A program made the translations under genes and the position numbers. A stretch of 64,000 bases of DNA from Longimicrobiales bacterium (GTDB lineage: Bacteria > Gemmatimonadota > Gemmatimonadetes > Longimicrobiales > Gaopeijiaceae). The stretch is from positions 4,576,001 through 4,640,000 of the forward strand of contig OZ250165.1 of assembly GCA_965238005.1 (NCBI GenBank), given 5' to 3'. Positions 1-9,105 of this stretch are shown here, piece after piece; position 1 is the first letter of the stretch; each line of letters begins with the position of its first letter. A model generated the notes under the pieces. It had not been told where the DNA came from. It searched no databases and saw only the letters and a program-made list of their open reading frames with translations.

Positions 1-621
1 GCCCGACATCGCCCGGCGTGCCTCCTGACGGGTCGGATTCGGGTTCGCCCTCAGGAGTCCCACTGCGGCCATCACCTGTCCCGGCGTGCAGAAGCCGCAC
101 TGGGGAGCCAGCTCGTCGATGAAGGCCTGCTGCACGGGGTGGAGCTCGCCCGAAGGGCTCTCAAGCCCCTCCACCGTGGTGATCTCTCGTCCTCGCACGC
201 GGTGCGTGAGTGTGGAGCAGGAGTAGTGCGTGAGGTCGTCGATGAGCACTGTGCAGGCGCCGCATTCCGCACGATCACACCCGAGCTTGGTGCCGGTGAG
301 CCCGAGCTTGTAGCGTAGCGTCATGGCGAGCGTCTCGTTGGGAAGGACGTCCACCCGACGAACCTGCCCGTTCACATTCAACGAGATGAGGCGTTCCGCC
401 GCGCCGCTCTGAAGGGCGGGTCTGGGACTCGCGTTGGCCAGATACGGCACGCCCGACACGGCCACTCCGGAAGCGATGACTCCCTTGATGAAGCTCCGCC
501 GCGACATGCCCGAGCGGCCTGCGAGCCAGTCGAAGACCTCGCCGAACTCAGCTTGGGGGGGTGGGGGGGGCACGCTCGACCCTGAGGGACCGACGTCGTG
601 GGAGAGGTTCCTCTCGGTCAT
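1..621 (-). CDS. Tat-exported (2Fe-2S)-binding small subunit of a molybdo-aldehyde/xanthine oxidoreductase (PaoA/YagT-like); 3' end is outside the window
   Basis: Not in the ORF track; translated by hand from the ATG at 621 (GGAG upstream). Contains MSRRSFIKG (twin-arginine), GTKLGCDRAECGACTVL and QCGFCTPG. Frame stays open to position 1. Confidence 0.9.
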   Translation of the reverse strand, partial: MTERNLSHDVGPSGSSVPPPPPQAEFGEVFDWLAGRSGMSRRSFIKGVIASGVAVSGVPYLANASPRPALQSGAAERLISLNVNGQVRRVDVLPNETLAMTLRYKLGLTGTKLGCDRAECGACTVLIDDLTHYSCSTLTHRVRGREITTVEGLESPSGELHPVQQAFIDELAPQCGFCTPGQVMAAVGLLRANPNPTRQEARRAMSG

Positions 622-792
622 GTGTCCTGCTCCGTCTAAGGCTACCCGACCAATCGTATGTCGGAGGACACGGGTAAACAATGATTCATCGTCAGACCCG
701 GGGAAGCGTGGGCGCCACGCTCCACGAGGGAGGACGGGATGGACGCAGCGGCAGGCGCTCGAGCCGGATGCAGGGCCGAGAACGTGCTGACC

Positions 793-915
793 CGCGCACT
801 GGACCCGTCCATGCCCATCTCGGACATCCAGACCGTCCACGATGTGCTGGGGGCGCCGTAGTCCAGCCCCGATTCGCCATGGTCCTTCTGGGAGCGTTCG
901 CGACCCTGGCTGTGG
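793..915 (+). pseudogene. Remnant of an ADOP/MacB-FtsX-type ABC permease (C-terminal part)
   Basis: RALDPSMPISDIQTVHDVLGA, then a frameshift near 858 into VVQPRFAMVLLGAFATLAV. No start codon and no remainder of the gene. Confidence 0.65.
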
Positions 916-916
916 T

Positions 917-2020
917 TCATGACGGACTTGATGCCGGGACTCCGCCGCGGCGCATCCGGTCCCGGACCTCGGCGATGTGACGACGGGCGTTGCGCAGCGC
1001 CTGCTGGAGCTGAGCGGGCACCGGGTTGAGCGCCTCGCCTTGCTCGATGAACGCCTCGTACGCCTGGATCGTGGCGGCTCCGCTCTGCACGCGTTGCAGG
1101 GCGCTCTCTGCCCGCTCGAAGTCCCGCTGGCTGCAGACCGCCCGCCGATACGCCACAAAGGCCAGCACGACTGGGCGCTCCGCGGCCGGGAGCGTGGAGG
1201 CCATGCCGTCGCTCTGGTCGAGGGACCGGCGGCCGTCCTCTGTGCGCCCCACAGCGCACTGGGCCTGGCCCAGCGTCAGGTAAGCGTTGAATCCGGGTGA
1301 GTCGAAGGACACGGCCTCCTCCAACGCATTGAGAGCGCCGGCCCACTCACCCAGGTTGATGTGGCTGACTCCCAGTCGAACCAGCGCCTGCTGGTACGCA
1401 GGGGCGTAGGTGCCGGTCCGCCGCGGGGGTTCCACCATGTTCAGGTAGGCCCTCGTGGCCGCCACCCAATCTCCGGCCTGGAACGCCTCGTTCCCCACGC
1501 GCAACGCCGTTCGGTCGATCCCAGCGTCGGGGTCGGTGGGCTGGGACGGTTGAGCGTCCGCGGGGGGACGCGTGTCGGCCCGGACTCCGCCGGCTGCTGG
1601 CCTGGCCCCGCCGGTGCCGGCTACCCGGTCCAACCGCCGTGTCATCCGCACGGTGAAGGGTCCGGCCGATGCCCCGCGTGCCACCGTGAGGACAGTATCC
1701 AGGCGGTGATAGGACCGGGCCTCCAGACGGAGCTCCACCACGAGGCTGTCTTCCGCGACGGCGTGGGTGATGTGGTAGGGCTGGGAGGCCGACACCTGGT
1801 CCACCGCGGAGGCGTCCAAAGTGATGGGCGTCCGCACCAGATACCTCACGGTCAGTTGACCGTCAGCGAGCGCTGCCCCCGTTCCGGCGTCCACCGCTTG
1901 GAGGACGACTTCGCTCGGCTGGGGATCCGTCGCTTGTGCGTCGGTGGACGGGTCCGCCTCACCGGAGCACCCTCCCAGAAGAGTCAAGGAGAACAGGATC
2001 GGGACTTCACGGTGTCGCAT
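917..2020 (-). CDS. TPR-repeat lipoprotein
   Basis: Likely start MRHREVPILFSLTLLGGC (lipobox-like). Beta-rich N-domain, Pro/Ala linker, then TPR-like helices (ALVRLGVSHINLGEWAGALNALEEA). Confidence 0.7.
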   Translation of the reverse strand: MRHREVPILFSLTLLGGCSGEADPSTDAQATDPQPSEVVLQAVDAGTGAALADGQLTVRYLVRTPITLDASAVDQVSASQPYHITHAVAEDSLVVELRLEARSYHRLDTVLTVARGASAGPFTVRMTRRLDRVAGTGGARPAAGGVRADTRPPADAQPSQPTDPDAGIDRTALRVGNEAFQAGDWVAATRAYLNMVEPPRRTGTYAPAYQQALVRLGVSHINLGEWAGALNALEEAVSFDSPGFNAYLTLGQAQCAVGRTEDGRRSLDQSDGMASTLPAAERPVVLAFVAYRRAVCSQRDFERAESALQRVQSGAATIQAYEAFIEQGEALNPVPAQLQQALRNARRHIAEVRDRMRRGGVPASSPS

Positions 2021-2068
2021 GGATGTAAAGGAAGACCGAGGCCCTGGGGTGGCAAGTCCCGATTCTTG

Positions 2069-2098
2069 TTGACCCGACTTCGCGCCACCCGGTAAGTT
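2069..2098 (+). promoter_or_regulatory. Candidate sigma70-type promoter for the kinase gene
   Basis: TTGACC-N18-TAAGTT in the divergent intergenic region. Confidence 0.35.
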
Positions 2099-2133
2099 CG
2101 TGCCACCACCTTTGGCCACGAGGTACTCGGTCC

Positions 2134-4011
2134 GTGTCCAACCCCGACGAGCCCGACAAGAAGCGACCGCAACCCACCGTCGCCTGGAACCCAAAGGACC
2201 TTCCGGACTTCGAGGAGGGATCTCCGGCGGAGAGCGGCACGCCGCCCGGCGATGAGAGCGCCGGCGCTGGAGGGGCTGGGGACGACCCGGAGGAAGATCT
2301 GCTCGTAGGCACGCTCCTCAGGGACAAGTGGCGCGTTCTGAAGCGCCTCGGAGCCGGCAGTTTCGGGACCGTCTACAAGGTCGAGGACGTGAAGGGCGGC
2401 TGGATCGAGGCGCTGAAGATCCTCGGTGTAGACCGGTTGGTCGGGGCCGAGGCGGAGACCATGAGAAAACGCTTCCTCAGGGAGGCACAGATCATGAAAC
2501 GCCTGGGTACGGAGTCGGCCCACATCGTGGGACTCGCCACTTACGAGGAGGACCTCGAGGCGGGGCTCATCTATTTCCTCATGGAGTATGTCGAGGGCAA
2601 GAGCCTCGCGGATGCGGTCCTCGAGCAAGGCCCCTTCAGCGCCGAGCGGACCATCCGACTGGGCCTCCAGGTCTGTGACGCTCTCATCGCCGCTCACGAG
2701 GGCCCCGAACCAGTCGTGCACCGCGACATGAAGCTCGAGAACGTCATGCTCACCACGGACCGTGCGGGTGAGGAGATCGTGAAGGTGCTCGACTTCGGGA
2801 TCGCGAAGATCGCGGAGCGGGAAACGGACAGTCGCCTGACGACCGTAGGGACGTTGGGCACCCCGGGGTACGCGGCCCCGGAGCAGCTGCGTGCCGAGGA
2901 GGTGGACGGGAGGACCGACCTCTTCGCCTTCGGGGTGATCCTCTACGCCTTGCTCACCGGCCGGGACCCCTGGCTCGGCAATCCGGCCGGTGAGGCGACG
3001 CATCAGATCTACGAGCTCATGGTCGCCACGGAGCGTGGCGACGTGAAGCCCTTCTCCGAGACCGGGGTGGAGGTTTCGCCGGCCATGGAGAACGTGGTCC
3101 TGCGCCTCCTGCGCCGAGACCCTGACGACCGCTTTCCGTCGGCCCGTGAGCTCCGGGACGCCCTCCAGCGGGTGGCGGCCGGGGGAGAGGCGGCGGACGC
3201 GGGCTCACTTCGGGTCCTGACGGATGAGCCGGGTGTGGAGGTCCAGGTCCGCATGGGGCGCCGTACGGTGGCCGAGGGGCCCACTCCGTGCGTGGCCAAC
3301 GGCCTCGGACCCGGTACGTACAAGGTTTCGCTGAAGGACGCTCGCTACGAGCCGGTGGAGACCACGGTGACCCTGGCGGCCGGGGCCATGGAGGACCTCA
3401 CGCTGGTTACCACACCCAGGAGCCGGGGCGTCGCTGCGAGCGTACTGCGGCGTCCGGGACTCGTTGCGGCCGGCGTAGTGGTCGTTCTGCTGGCGGCAGG
3501 GGCGGCCGTCCTCCAACCCTGGGGACGGGCACTGGAATTGGCCGACCTCCAGGCCCGTGCCGCCGAGGCGGGTGTGAGAGGCGTGCGAGTCAGCGCCGAC
3601 GGCATCGAAGGACGGCTTCCGATGGGGCCGGTCGGTGTACCGTTTCGGGTTCGGGTCAGCGAAGAGGATGTGCCGGGGGCCGTGGCGGGGCTCCGCTCGG
3701 CTGGCCTCGACGTGGATACGTCATGGGAGGTGGCGCGTCTGATCGGAATGGCTGCGTCGGCGCAGTCCGAGACACGCTACTTCGGGCGGGACGGAGACGA
3801 CGTGCGCTCCTATGCCCAGAGGGCGGCCACCCTCGAGCCCGAGAGCGCCGAGGCCAGGTCGCTGCTCCTCAAGGTTGCGGAGCCCTTGGCCTGGGACGCA
3901 GAAGCGGCCCGGCAGGACGGCTCTCCCGAAGTGGCGGACCAGCTGGTGCGCGAGTGCCTCTCGCTCGTGCCCGATCATCCCGGCTGCATGGCGGCGGACG
4001 GGGGGAGCTGA
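2134..4011 (+). CDS. Hanks-type Ser/Thr protein kinase with PEGA-like domain, TM helix and C-terminal extracytoplasmic region
   Basis: LGAGSFGTVY, EALK, HRDMKLEN, DFG, GTPGYAAPE; PEGA-like GSLRVLTDEPGVEV...GPTP; TM LVAAGVVVVLLAAGAAVL. Confidence 0.92.
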   Translation: MSNPDEPDKKRPQPTVAWNPKDLPDFEEGSPAESGTPPGDESAGAGGAGDDPEEDLLVGTLLRDKWRVLKRLGAGSFGTVYKVEDVKGGWIEALKILGVDRLVGAEAETMRKRFLREAQIMKRLGTESAHIVGLATYEEDLEAGLIYFLMEYVEGKSLADAVLEQGPFSAERTIRLGLQVCDALIAAHEGPEPVVHRDMKLENVMLTTDRAGEEIVKVLDFGIAKIAERETDSRLTTVGTLGTPGYAAPEQLRAEEVDGRTDLFAFGVILYALLTGRDPWLGNPAGEATHQIYELMVATERGDVKPFSETGVEVSPAMENVVLRLLRRDPDDRFPSARELRDALQRVAAGGEAADAGSLRVLTDEPGVEVQVRMGRRTVAEGPTPCVANGLGPGTYKVSLKDARYEPVETTVTLAAGAMEDLTLVTTPRSRGVAASVLRRPGLVAAGVVVVLLAAGAAVLQPWGRALELADLQARAAEAGVRGVRVSADGIEGRLPMGPVGVPFRVRVSEEDVPGAVAGLRSAGLDVDTSWEVARLIGMAASAQSETRYFGRDGDDVRSYAQRAATLEPESAEARSLLLKVAEPLAWDAEAARQDGSPEVADQLVRECLSLVPDHPGCMAADGGS

Positions 4012-4138
4012 ACAGGCGTCGCTGGACAGCGGCGCATACGATACGGCATTATCGATCACTCGCCGGCTCGTATGCGCTCCGAGTGTCGTCCCCCCAGGCG
4101 GCCCTACCTGGGAACCGAACGAAGGGAGGAGACGAAGG

Positions 4139-4840
4139 ATGCCGAAGATCACACTGCTCCTGGGCCGGAAGATGATGCAGGTCTACGACCTGGATCAGGC
4201 GGCCATCCGCGTCGGGCGCGAAGAGGATATGGACATCCTCATCGACAACCCGTCGGTGTCGCGGAGGCAGGCGGAGATCCGCCGGGAGGGTGAAGGTTGG
4301 GTCGTCGAGGATCTCGGCTCTTCCAACGGGACCTTCGTTCACGGCCAGAAGATCGAAGGCCCCCAGGCCATCGTGGCCGGTGACGAAATCGGCTTCGGCA
4401 AGTTCTCCATTGTCTTCGACAAGGTGGTGGGGGAAGAGACGGCTTCCGCGAGCCACTCCCGGCCCCAGCCGGCCATGACCGGCTTCGAGGGCACGATGCA
4501 CATCAAGCCGCACGAGGTGAAGGAGCTCTTGAAGGACTCGGAGCGGAAGCGTCGCGCTCACGTCGTCTGGGAGTCGGGCGGTCAGCGGGGCACGCGCTAT
4601 CTGTCGGAGGTGCCCGCGGTCCTCATCGGAACGGGCACTCTCTGCGACGTGATGGTACCGAAGGGGCCCAAACACCATGTCCTGATCATGAGCAGGGAGG
4701 ATGGGTGCGAGGTCAAGAACCTCCACAACTGGACCAAGATGAAGGTAAACGGGGCCGTCAGGAATCCGGCCGACCTGAAAGATGGAGACGTGGTGCAAGT
4801 GGGGGGACTGAAGCTCACCTTCGTGGCGGACATCGCCTGA
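4139..4840 (+). CDS. Double FHA-domain protein
   Basis: ATG 4139 after GGAGG. FHA1: VGR...NPSVSRRQA...DLGSSNGTF. Degenerate FHA2: LIGTG...LKDGDVVQVG. Confidence 0.88.
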   Translation: MPKITLLLGRKMMQVYDLDQAAIRVGREEDMDILIDNPSVSRRQAEIRREGEGWVVEDLGSSNGTFVHGQKIEGPQAIVAGDEIGFGKFSIVFDKVVGEETASASHSRPQPAMTGFEGTMHIKPHEVKELLKDSERKRRAHVVWESGGQRGTRYLSEVPAVLIGTGTLCDVMVPKGPKHHVLIMSREDGCEVKNLHNWTKMKVNGAVRNPADLKDGDVVQVGGLKLTFVADIA

Positions 4841-4896
4841 GGGACCTGCGAGCTCTCCCTCCCTCCCTGCCCGGGGCACCCTGACCGGCCTAGTCC

Positions 4897-5859
4897 CTAT
4901 CCCCCCAGCACCAGGAACGCGATTACCACCACCACGATGACGACGCCGACGCCGACGCCGACGATCATGCCTACCGGCGGCCCTGTCTGCGGCGGTGTGC
5001 CCGTAACCGAGGTCACAGGCGCCGGACCCGGCTCGTCCGGTGGCGCCGAGGTCTCGATTTCGCTTTCCGCCTGAGCCGGCTCCGGCTCCACCACCTCGTC
5101 CGGTGGATCGAACTCCAGCGGCATGGTGCCTGCTGGGCGCATCCTCGGAACCTCACCGAACTCGGCGATGGCCACCGTGATGTTGTCATCGCTTCCACGC
5201 TCGTAGGCGGCTGACACCAGCGACTGGGCGGCGCCACGGGGGCCTCCCGACTGAGCGAACAGGTCACCGAGGTCGGAATCGCTGAGGGTCTTGTACAGGC
5301 CATCGGAGCAGAGGAGGACGGCCGAGTCACCCTCTACCGGGAAGGGTCCGAAGACGTCGACCTCGACCTCGGGGTCTGTGCCGATGGAGCGAGTGAGGGC
5401 GTCCTTCCACTGTGACGCCAGGGCTTCCTCCTCAGTCTGCCCCCGCTTCTGGGCCTCGGCCACGAAGGAGTGGTCCTCGGTGATTTGGCGTCCGCCCGAC
5501 TCCGAGATTACGTAGCACCGGCTGTCTCCTACGTTGGCGACCGCGTAGCCGTCCCCGTCCAGAAGCATGGCGACCAGCGTCGTTCCCATGCCCCGCTTTC
5601 CGGGCTCCTCCGCCTTGGAGTGGACGCGATCGTTGGCAAGACGGAATGCCTCGTCCAGTGATTGGCCTCCCTCGACGGCCTCCACGAGCGTCTCCAGCGC
5701 GAGGGCGCTGGCGACCTCACCAGCCGCGTGTCCGCCCATTCCGTCGGCGACAGCCAGGAGGATTCGGCCGTCCGACAGGGTGCGTGACAGGACGGAGTCC
5801 TCCTGATACGGCCGCTGGCCCGCAATGGACTCGGTGGCAAGCCGGGGTTGCTGCATCAC
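4897..5859 (-). CDS. PP2C/PPM-family Ser/Thr phosphatase with Pro-rich linker and C-terminal TM anchor
   Basis: RPYQED, VADGMGGHAAG, NVGDSR, LCSDGL, GSDDNIT. Confidence 0.93.
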   Translation of the reverse strand: MMQQPRLATESIAGQRPYQEDSVLSRTLSDGRILLAVADGMGGHAAGEVASALALETLVEAVEGGQSLDEAFRLANDRVHSKAEEPGKRGMGTTLVAMLLDGDGYAVANVGDSRCYVISESGGRQITEDHSFVAEAQKRGQTEEEALASQWKDALTRSIGTDPEVEVDVFGPFPVEGDSAVLLCSDGLYKTLSDSDLGDLFAQSGGPRGAAQSLVSAAYERGSDDNITVAIAEFGEVPRMRPAGTMPLEFDPPDEVVEPEPAQAESEIETSAPPDEPGPAPVTSVTGTPPQTGPPVGMIVGVGVGVVIVVVVIAFLVLGG

Positions 5860-6096
5860 TCCACTCGTCGGGCGTGGGATCGAAGTGGTCGGGAAGACTT
5901 ACTTACAGATAGGCCGTGGGATGCCGGGTAGCAAGGAATCAGTGGGTGTCACCACCCGCTTCCTAGTCAGAATCGCTTCCCTTTGGTATCCTTGTAACCC
6001 TATGCATGCCGCTGATTCCGGGGGTGATCCCGACGTTGGGGCGCCTCATTGCCATATTGCCCAAGACCTCTCCCTGATGTTCAAGAACAGAACCGC

Positions 6097-7053
6097 GTGA
6101 GTACGTCACCCGCACCCTTCGGCGGCGATGAGTGGGCGCTGATTCTGGGTGGCTCGAGCGGCTTCGGGCTCGCCACCGCACATAAGCTGGCCGAACACGG
6201 GCTCAACTTGTGCATCGTCCACCGCGACCGCCGCGGGGCAATGCGTCGCATCGAGCCGGAGTTCGACCAGGTCCGGAAGCGAGGCGTCTCGCTCCTGACG
6301 TTCAACAAGGATGCCCTGGACTCGGACGTGCGGGCGGAGATTCTCGAAGCCTTGGCCGAGACACTAGGGGCCGAGGGCCGGGTCCGTGTCGTCCTCCACT
6401 CCATCGCCTTCGGCAATCTCAAGTTGATCGGTCCCGAAGCGGCCGCTTCCCATGTGGCCCGGCAGCGGTTGGCGGAAGCCCTCGGGGTCGATGAATCGGC
6501 GTTGGAGGAGGCTGCCGACCGCCTGTTCGAGGAGGGTATCGACGGTGTGCAGGGTCTCACGACGCCACCGGAGTACTCCGGCGACTCCTTCCTGGAGGAG
6601 GAGGACCTGACGCGCACGATCCACGCCATGGGCACCAGCCTCCTGGGTTGGACCCAGGAGCTCCTAGGCCGGGGCATGTTCGCGTCCGACGCCCGCATCC
6701 TGGGTCTCACCAGCGAGGGCAATGAGGTGGCATGGAAGGGCTATGCGGCGGTGGCAGCGGCGAAGGTGGCGCTGCAGTCGGTCTCGCGCTCCATCGCAGT
6801 GGAAATGGCTCCCTTCGGAATTCGGTCGAACATCGTCCAGGCCGGGGTTACGGACACGCCTGCTCTACGCATGATTCCCGGAAGCGCGCATCTGAAAGCC
6901 CAAGCGCGGACCCGGAATCCCTTCGGGCGTCTGACCTCTCCGGAGGACGTCGCCAACGTCATCTATCTCCTGTCTCTGCCCGAGGCCGCTTGGATCAATG
7001 GCGCAGTCATCCGAGTGGACGGAGGAGAGCGTATTTCGGGGGCTTCGCGATGA
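6097..7053 (+). CDS. Enoyl-ACP reductase, FabL/FabI-like SDR
   Basis: LGGSSGFG; Y-x6-K (GYAAVAAAK); NPFGRLTSPEDVA; first gene of a fab cluster; GTG start 6097 preferred. Confidence 0.8.
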   Translation: MSTSPAPFGGDEWALILGGSSGFGLATAHKLAEHGLNLCIVHRDRRGAMRRIEPEFDQVRKRGVSLLTFNKDALDSDVRAEILEALAETLGAEGRVRVVLHSIAFGNLKLIGPEAAASHVARQRLAEALGVDESALEEAADRLFEEGIDGVQGLTTPPEYSGDSFLEEEDLTRTIHAMGTSLLGWTQELLGRGMFASDARILGLTSEGNEVAWKGYAAVAAAKVALQSVSRSIAVEMAPFGIRSNIVQAGVTDTPALRMIPGSAHLKAQARTRNPFGRLTSPEDVANVIYLLSLPEAAWINGAVIRVDGGERISGASR

Positions 7054-8045
7054 GCCTGTACCTTCACGGGCTGGGGCATTTCCATCCCGAGAGTGAGATC
7101 ACCAACGAGTTCCTTACCGATCTCGACATCGGGACGAACGACCAGTGGATCATGGAGCGAGTGGGGATCCGCGCCCGCCGCACGGTGCTTTCTCTCGACT
7201 ACATCCGTGAGACCCGGAATGTGGATCCCGGGGGGGCCGTGGAAGCCGCCATGTACACCCACGCAGAAACCGGTAGAAGAGCCGCGGAGATGGCGCTGGA
7301 GCGGGCAGGCGTGTCCAAGAACGACATCGGCATGGTCATCGCGGGCTCGAGCAAGCCGGAGTGGTCCTCCCCCGCCGATGCGTGTATGATCGCCCAGGCT
7401 TTGGAGCTGGAGGTACCCGCCTTCGACATGAACTCGGCGTGCACGAGCATGTGGGTGGCGCTCTATGCTCTGTCCATTATGCGCCCCGAAGCACTTCCGG
7501 AATACATCCTTCTGGTGACGCCCGAGAGCCTCACGACCGCGGTGGACTACTCCGACCGGTCGGCGTCAGTGCTCTGGGGAGATTGCACGACGGCTGCCGT
7601 GGTCTCTACGAAGGTCCCGTCCCGAATCCAGATCCTGCGTAACACCCTGGAGTCGAGCCCGGCGGGCAGCGACAAGGTGGTGGTTCCCCTTTTCGGTCAC
7701 TTCAGCCAGGAGGGTCGCACCGTCCAGATGTTCGCCATCAAGAAGACCGTGCGCTGCTTGCGGCGAATCCAGAAGGAGTTTCCGCCCCCGGGCCGCTCCC
7801 TCCACTTCATCGGCCACCAGGCCAACCTCAGGATGCTCGAAACAGTGTGCCAGCACTGTAACATCGACGGCGACCATCACCACTGCAACGTCGTGGACTA
7901 CGGCAACACGGGAGCCGCCGGAGCACCGTCCGTGATGTCCATGAATTGGGATCGATGGACCGACGGTGACGACGTGGCGATCATCGGGGTGGGCTCGGGC
8001 CTGTCCTGGTCCAGCTATGTGCTCCGCTTTGGAGAGACGCCGTGA
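7050..8045 (+). CDS. fabH: 3-oxoacyl-ACP synthase III (FabH-like)
   Basis: Cys-His-Asn triad: NSACTS, GHQAN, YGNTG. ATGA overlap with the upstream stop. Confidence 0.85.
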   Translation: MSLYLHGLGHFHPESEITNEFLTDLDIGTNDQWIMERVGIRARRTVLSLDYIRETRNVDPGGAVEAAMYTHAETGRRAAEMALERAGVSKNDIGMVIAGSSKPEWSSPADACMIAQALELEVPAFDMNSACTSMWVALYALSIMRPEALPEYILLVTPESLTTAVDYSDRSASVLWGDCTTAAVVSTKVPSRIQILRNTLESSPAGSDKVVVPLFGHFSQEGRTVQMFAIKKTVRCLRRIQKEFPPPGRSLHFIGHQANLRMLETVCQHCNIDGDHHHCNVVDYGNTGAAGAPSVMSMNWDRWTDGDDVAIIGVGSGLSWSSYVLRFGETP

Positions 8046-8632
8046 AGTACGATGAGTTCCGCGCGCGATCGCACCTTTCCGAGGAGGAGGTCCTGGCTTT
8101 CGCGTATGGGCGCTTGCTCGAGGACGAGCCTCCGGAGTTCAAGGCTCGCCTGCCGTTGCCCCCCATGCTGATGGTCGATCGCATCGAGCACCTCTCGCGA
8201 AAGGGTGCCCGGGGTCGGATCGTGGCGGAGCGGGATGTTCGCCTCGACGACTGGTTCTTCCACTGTCACTTCCTCGGCGATCCGGTCCAGCCGGGATGCC
8301 TTGGCGTGGACGGCGTCTGGCAGCTCATCGGCTTCTACTGCGCCTGGAACGGCGCCCTGGGCACCGGGCGGGCGCTGGGCTGCGGCGAGGTGGAGTTCTC
8401 CGGGCAGATCAGACCCCACGACAGAGTCGTCCGATACGAGATCGACATCGTTCGATATCAGGATCTGCCGCAGTCCGGGTCCGCCGTGGCCATCGGAGAC
8501 GCGACGGTGCTGGTGGACGGTGAGGCCATCTACGAGATCAGGCGCGCCAAGGTGGGTGTCTTTCGCGACATCGACTATGCCGACTACCCCTGGCCCTCGC
8601 AGCGGTCCCGTGGTGGGAAGATGGGCGAATGA
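8042..8632 (+). CDS. fabA: 3-hydroxydecanoyl-ACP dehydratase/isomerase
   Basis: RLPLPPMLMVDRI, WFFHCHFLGDPVQPGCLGVD (His/Asp dyad), GRALGCGEVEFSGQI. Confidence 0.9.
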   Translation: MKYDEFRARSHLSEEEVLAFAYGRLLEDEPPEFKARLPLPPMLMVDRIEHLSRKGARGRIVAERDVRLDDWFFHCHFLGDPVQPGCLGVDGVWQLIGFYCAWNGALGTGRALGCGEVEFSGQIRPHDRVVRYEIDIVRYQDLPQSGSAVAIGDATVLVDGEAIYEIRRAKVGVFRDIDYADYPWPSQRSRGGKMGE

Positions 8633-9105
8633 GCACGTCGGAGTCCGTGGGAACGAAGCTCACGCCGGCCCAGGTGTTGGAGCTGCTCCCCCAGCAGGAG
8701 CCGTTCAGGTTCGTGGACGAGATCCTCGAGGTGTCCGAGGACCACATCGTGGCCCACTACCGGTTTCGGCCAGACGCAGACTTCTATCGGGGTCACTTCC
8801 CGGGAAATCCGGTGACTCCGGGGGTTCTCCTCCTGGAATCCTTCGCCCAGATCGGCGTCGTCGCGCTCGGCATCTACATCATCGCCCTGGAGCACGGGAT
8901 CGAAGGCGCAAAGAAGCGAGTGGCTCTCTTCTGCGACGCCAACGTCGATTTCACCGGTGTCGTGAAGCCGGGGGACCGGGTGACGACGTCGGCGAGGAGG
9001 GTGTTCTTCCGGCGAAACAAGTTACGCTCCGAGGCGACCATGACCCTGGACGACGGGACCGTCGTCCTGTCCGGGACGATCTCGGGCGTGGGGGTGGAGC
9101 GATGA
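8629..9105 (+). CDS. fabZ: 3-hydroxyacyl-ACP dehydratase, FabZ family
   Basis: LPQQEPFRFVD, HFPGNPVTPGVLLLESFAQ (His/Glu dyad). Confidence 0.85.
   Translation: MSTSESVGTKLTPAQVLELLPQQEPFRFVDEILEVSEDHIVAHYRFRPDADFYRGHFPGNPVTPGVLLLESFAQIGVVALGIYIIALEHGIEGAKKRVALFCDANVDFTGVVKPGDRVTTSARRVFFRRNKLRSEATMTLDDGTVVLSGTISGVGVER

Noticed and set aside
279..310. CCCGAGCTTG direct repeat
   Set aside because: Arises from KLG..KLG codons in the 2Fe-2S gene
8205..9101. N-terminal 299 aa of the 724-aa ORF as a KAS fusion
   Set aside because: Overlaps fabA/fabZ in another frame; the real start is ATG 9102
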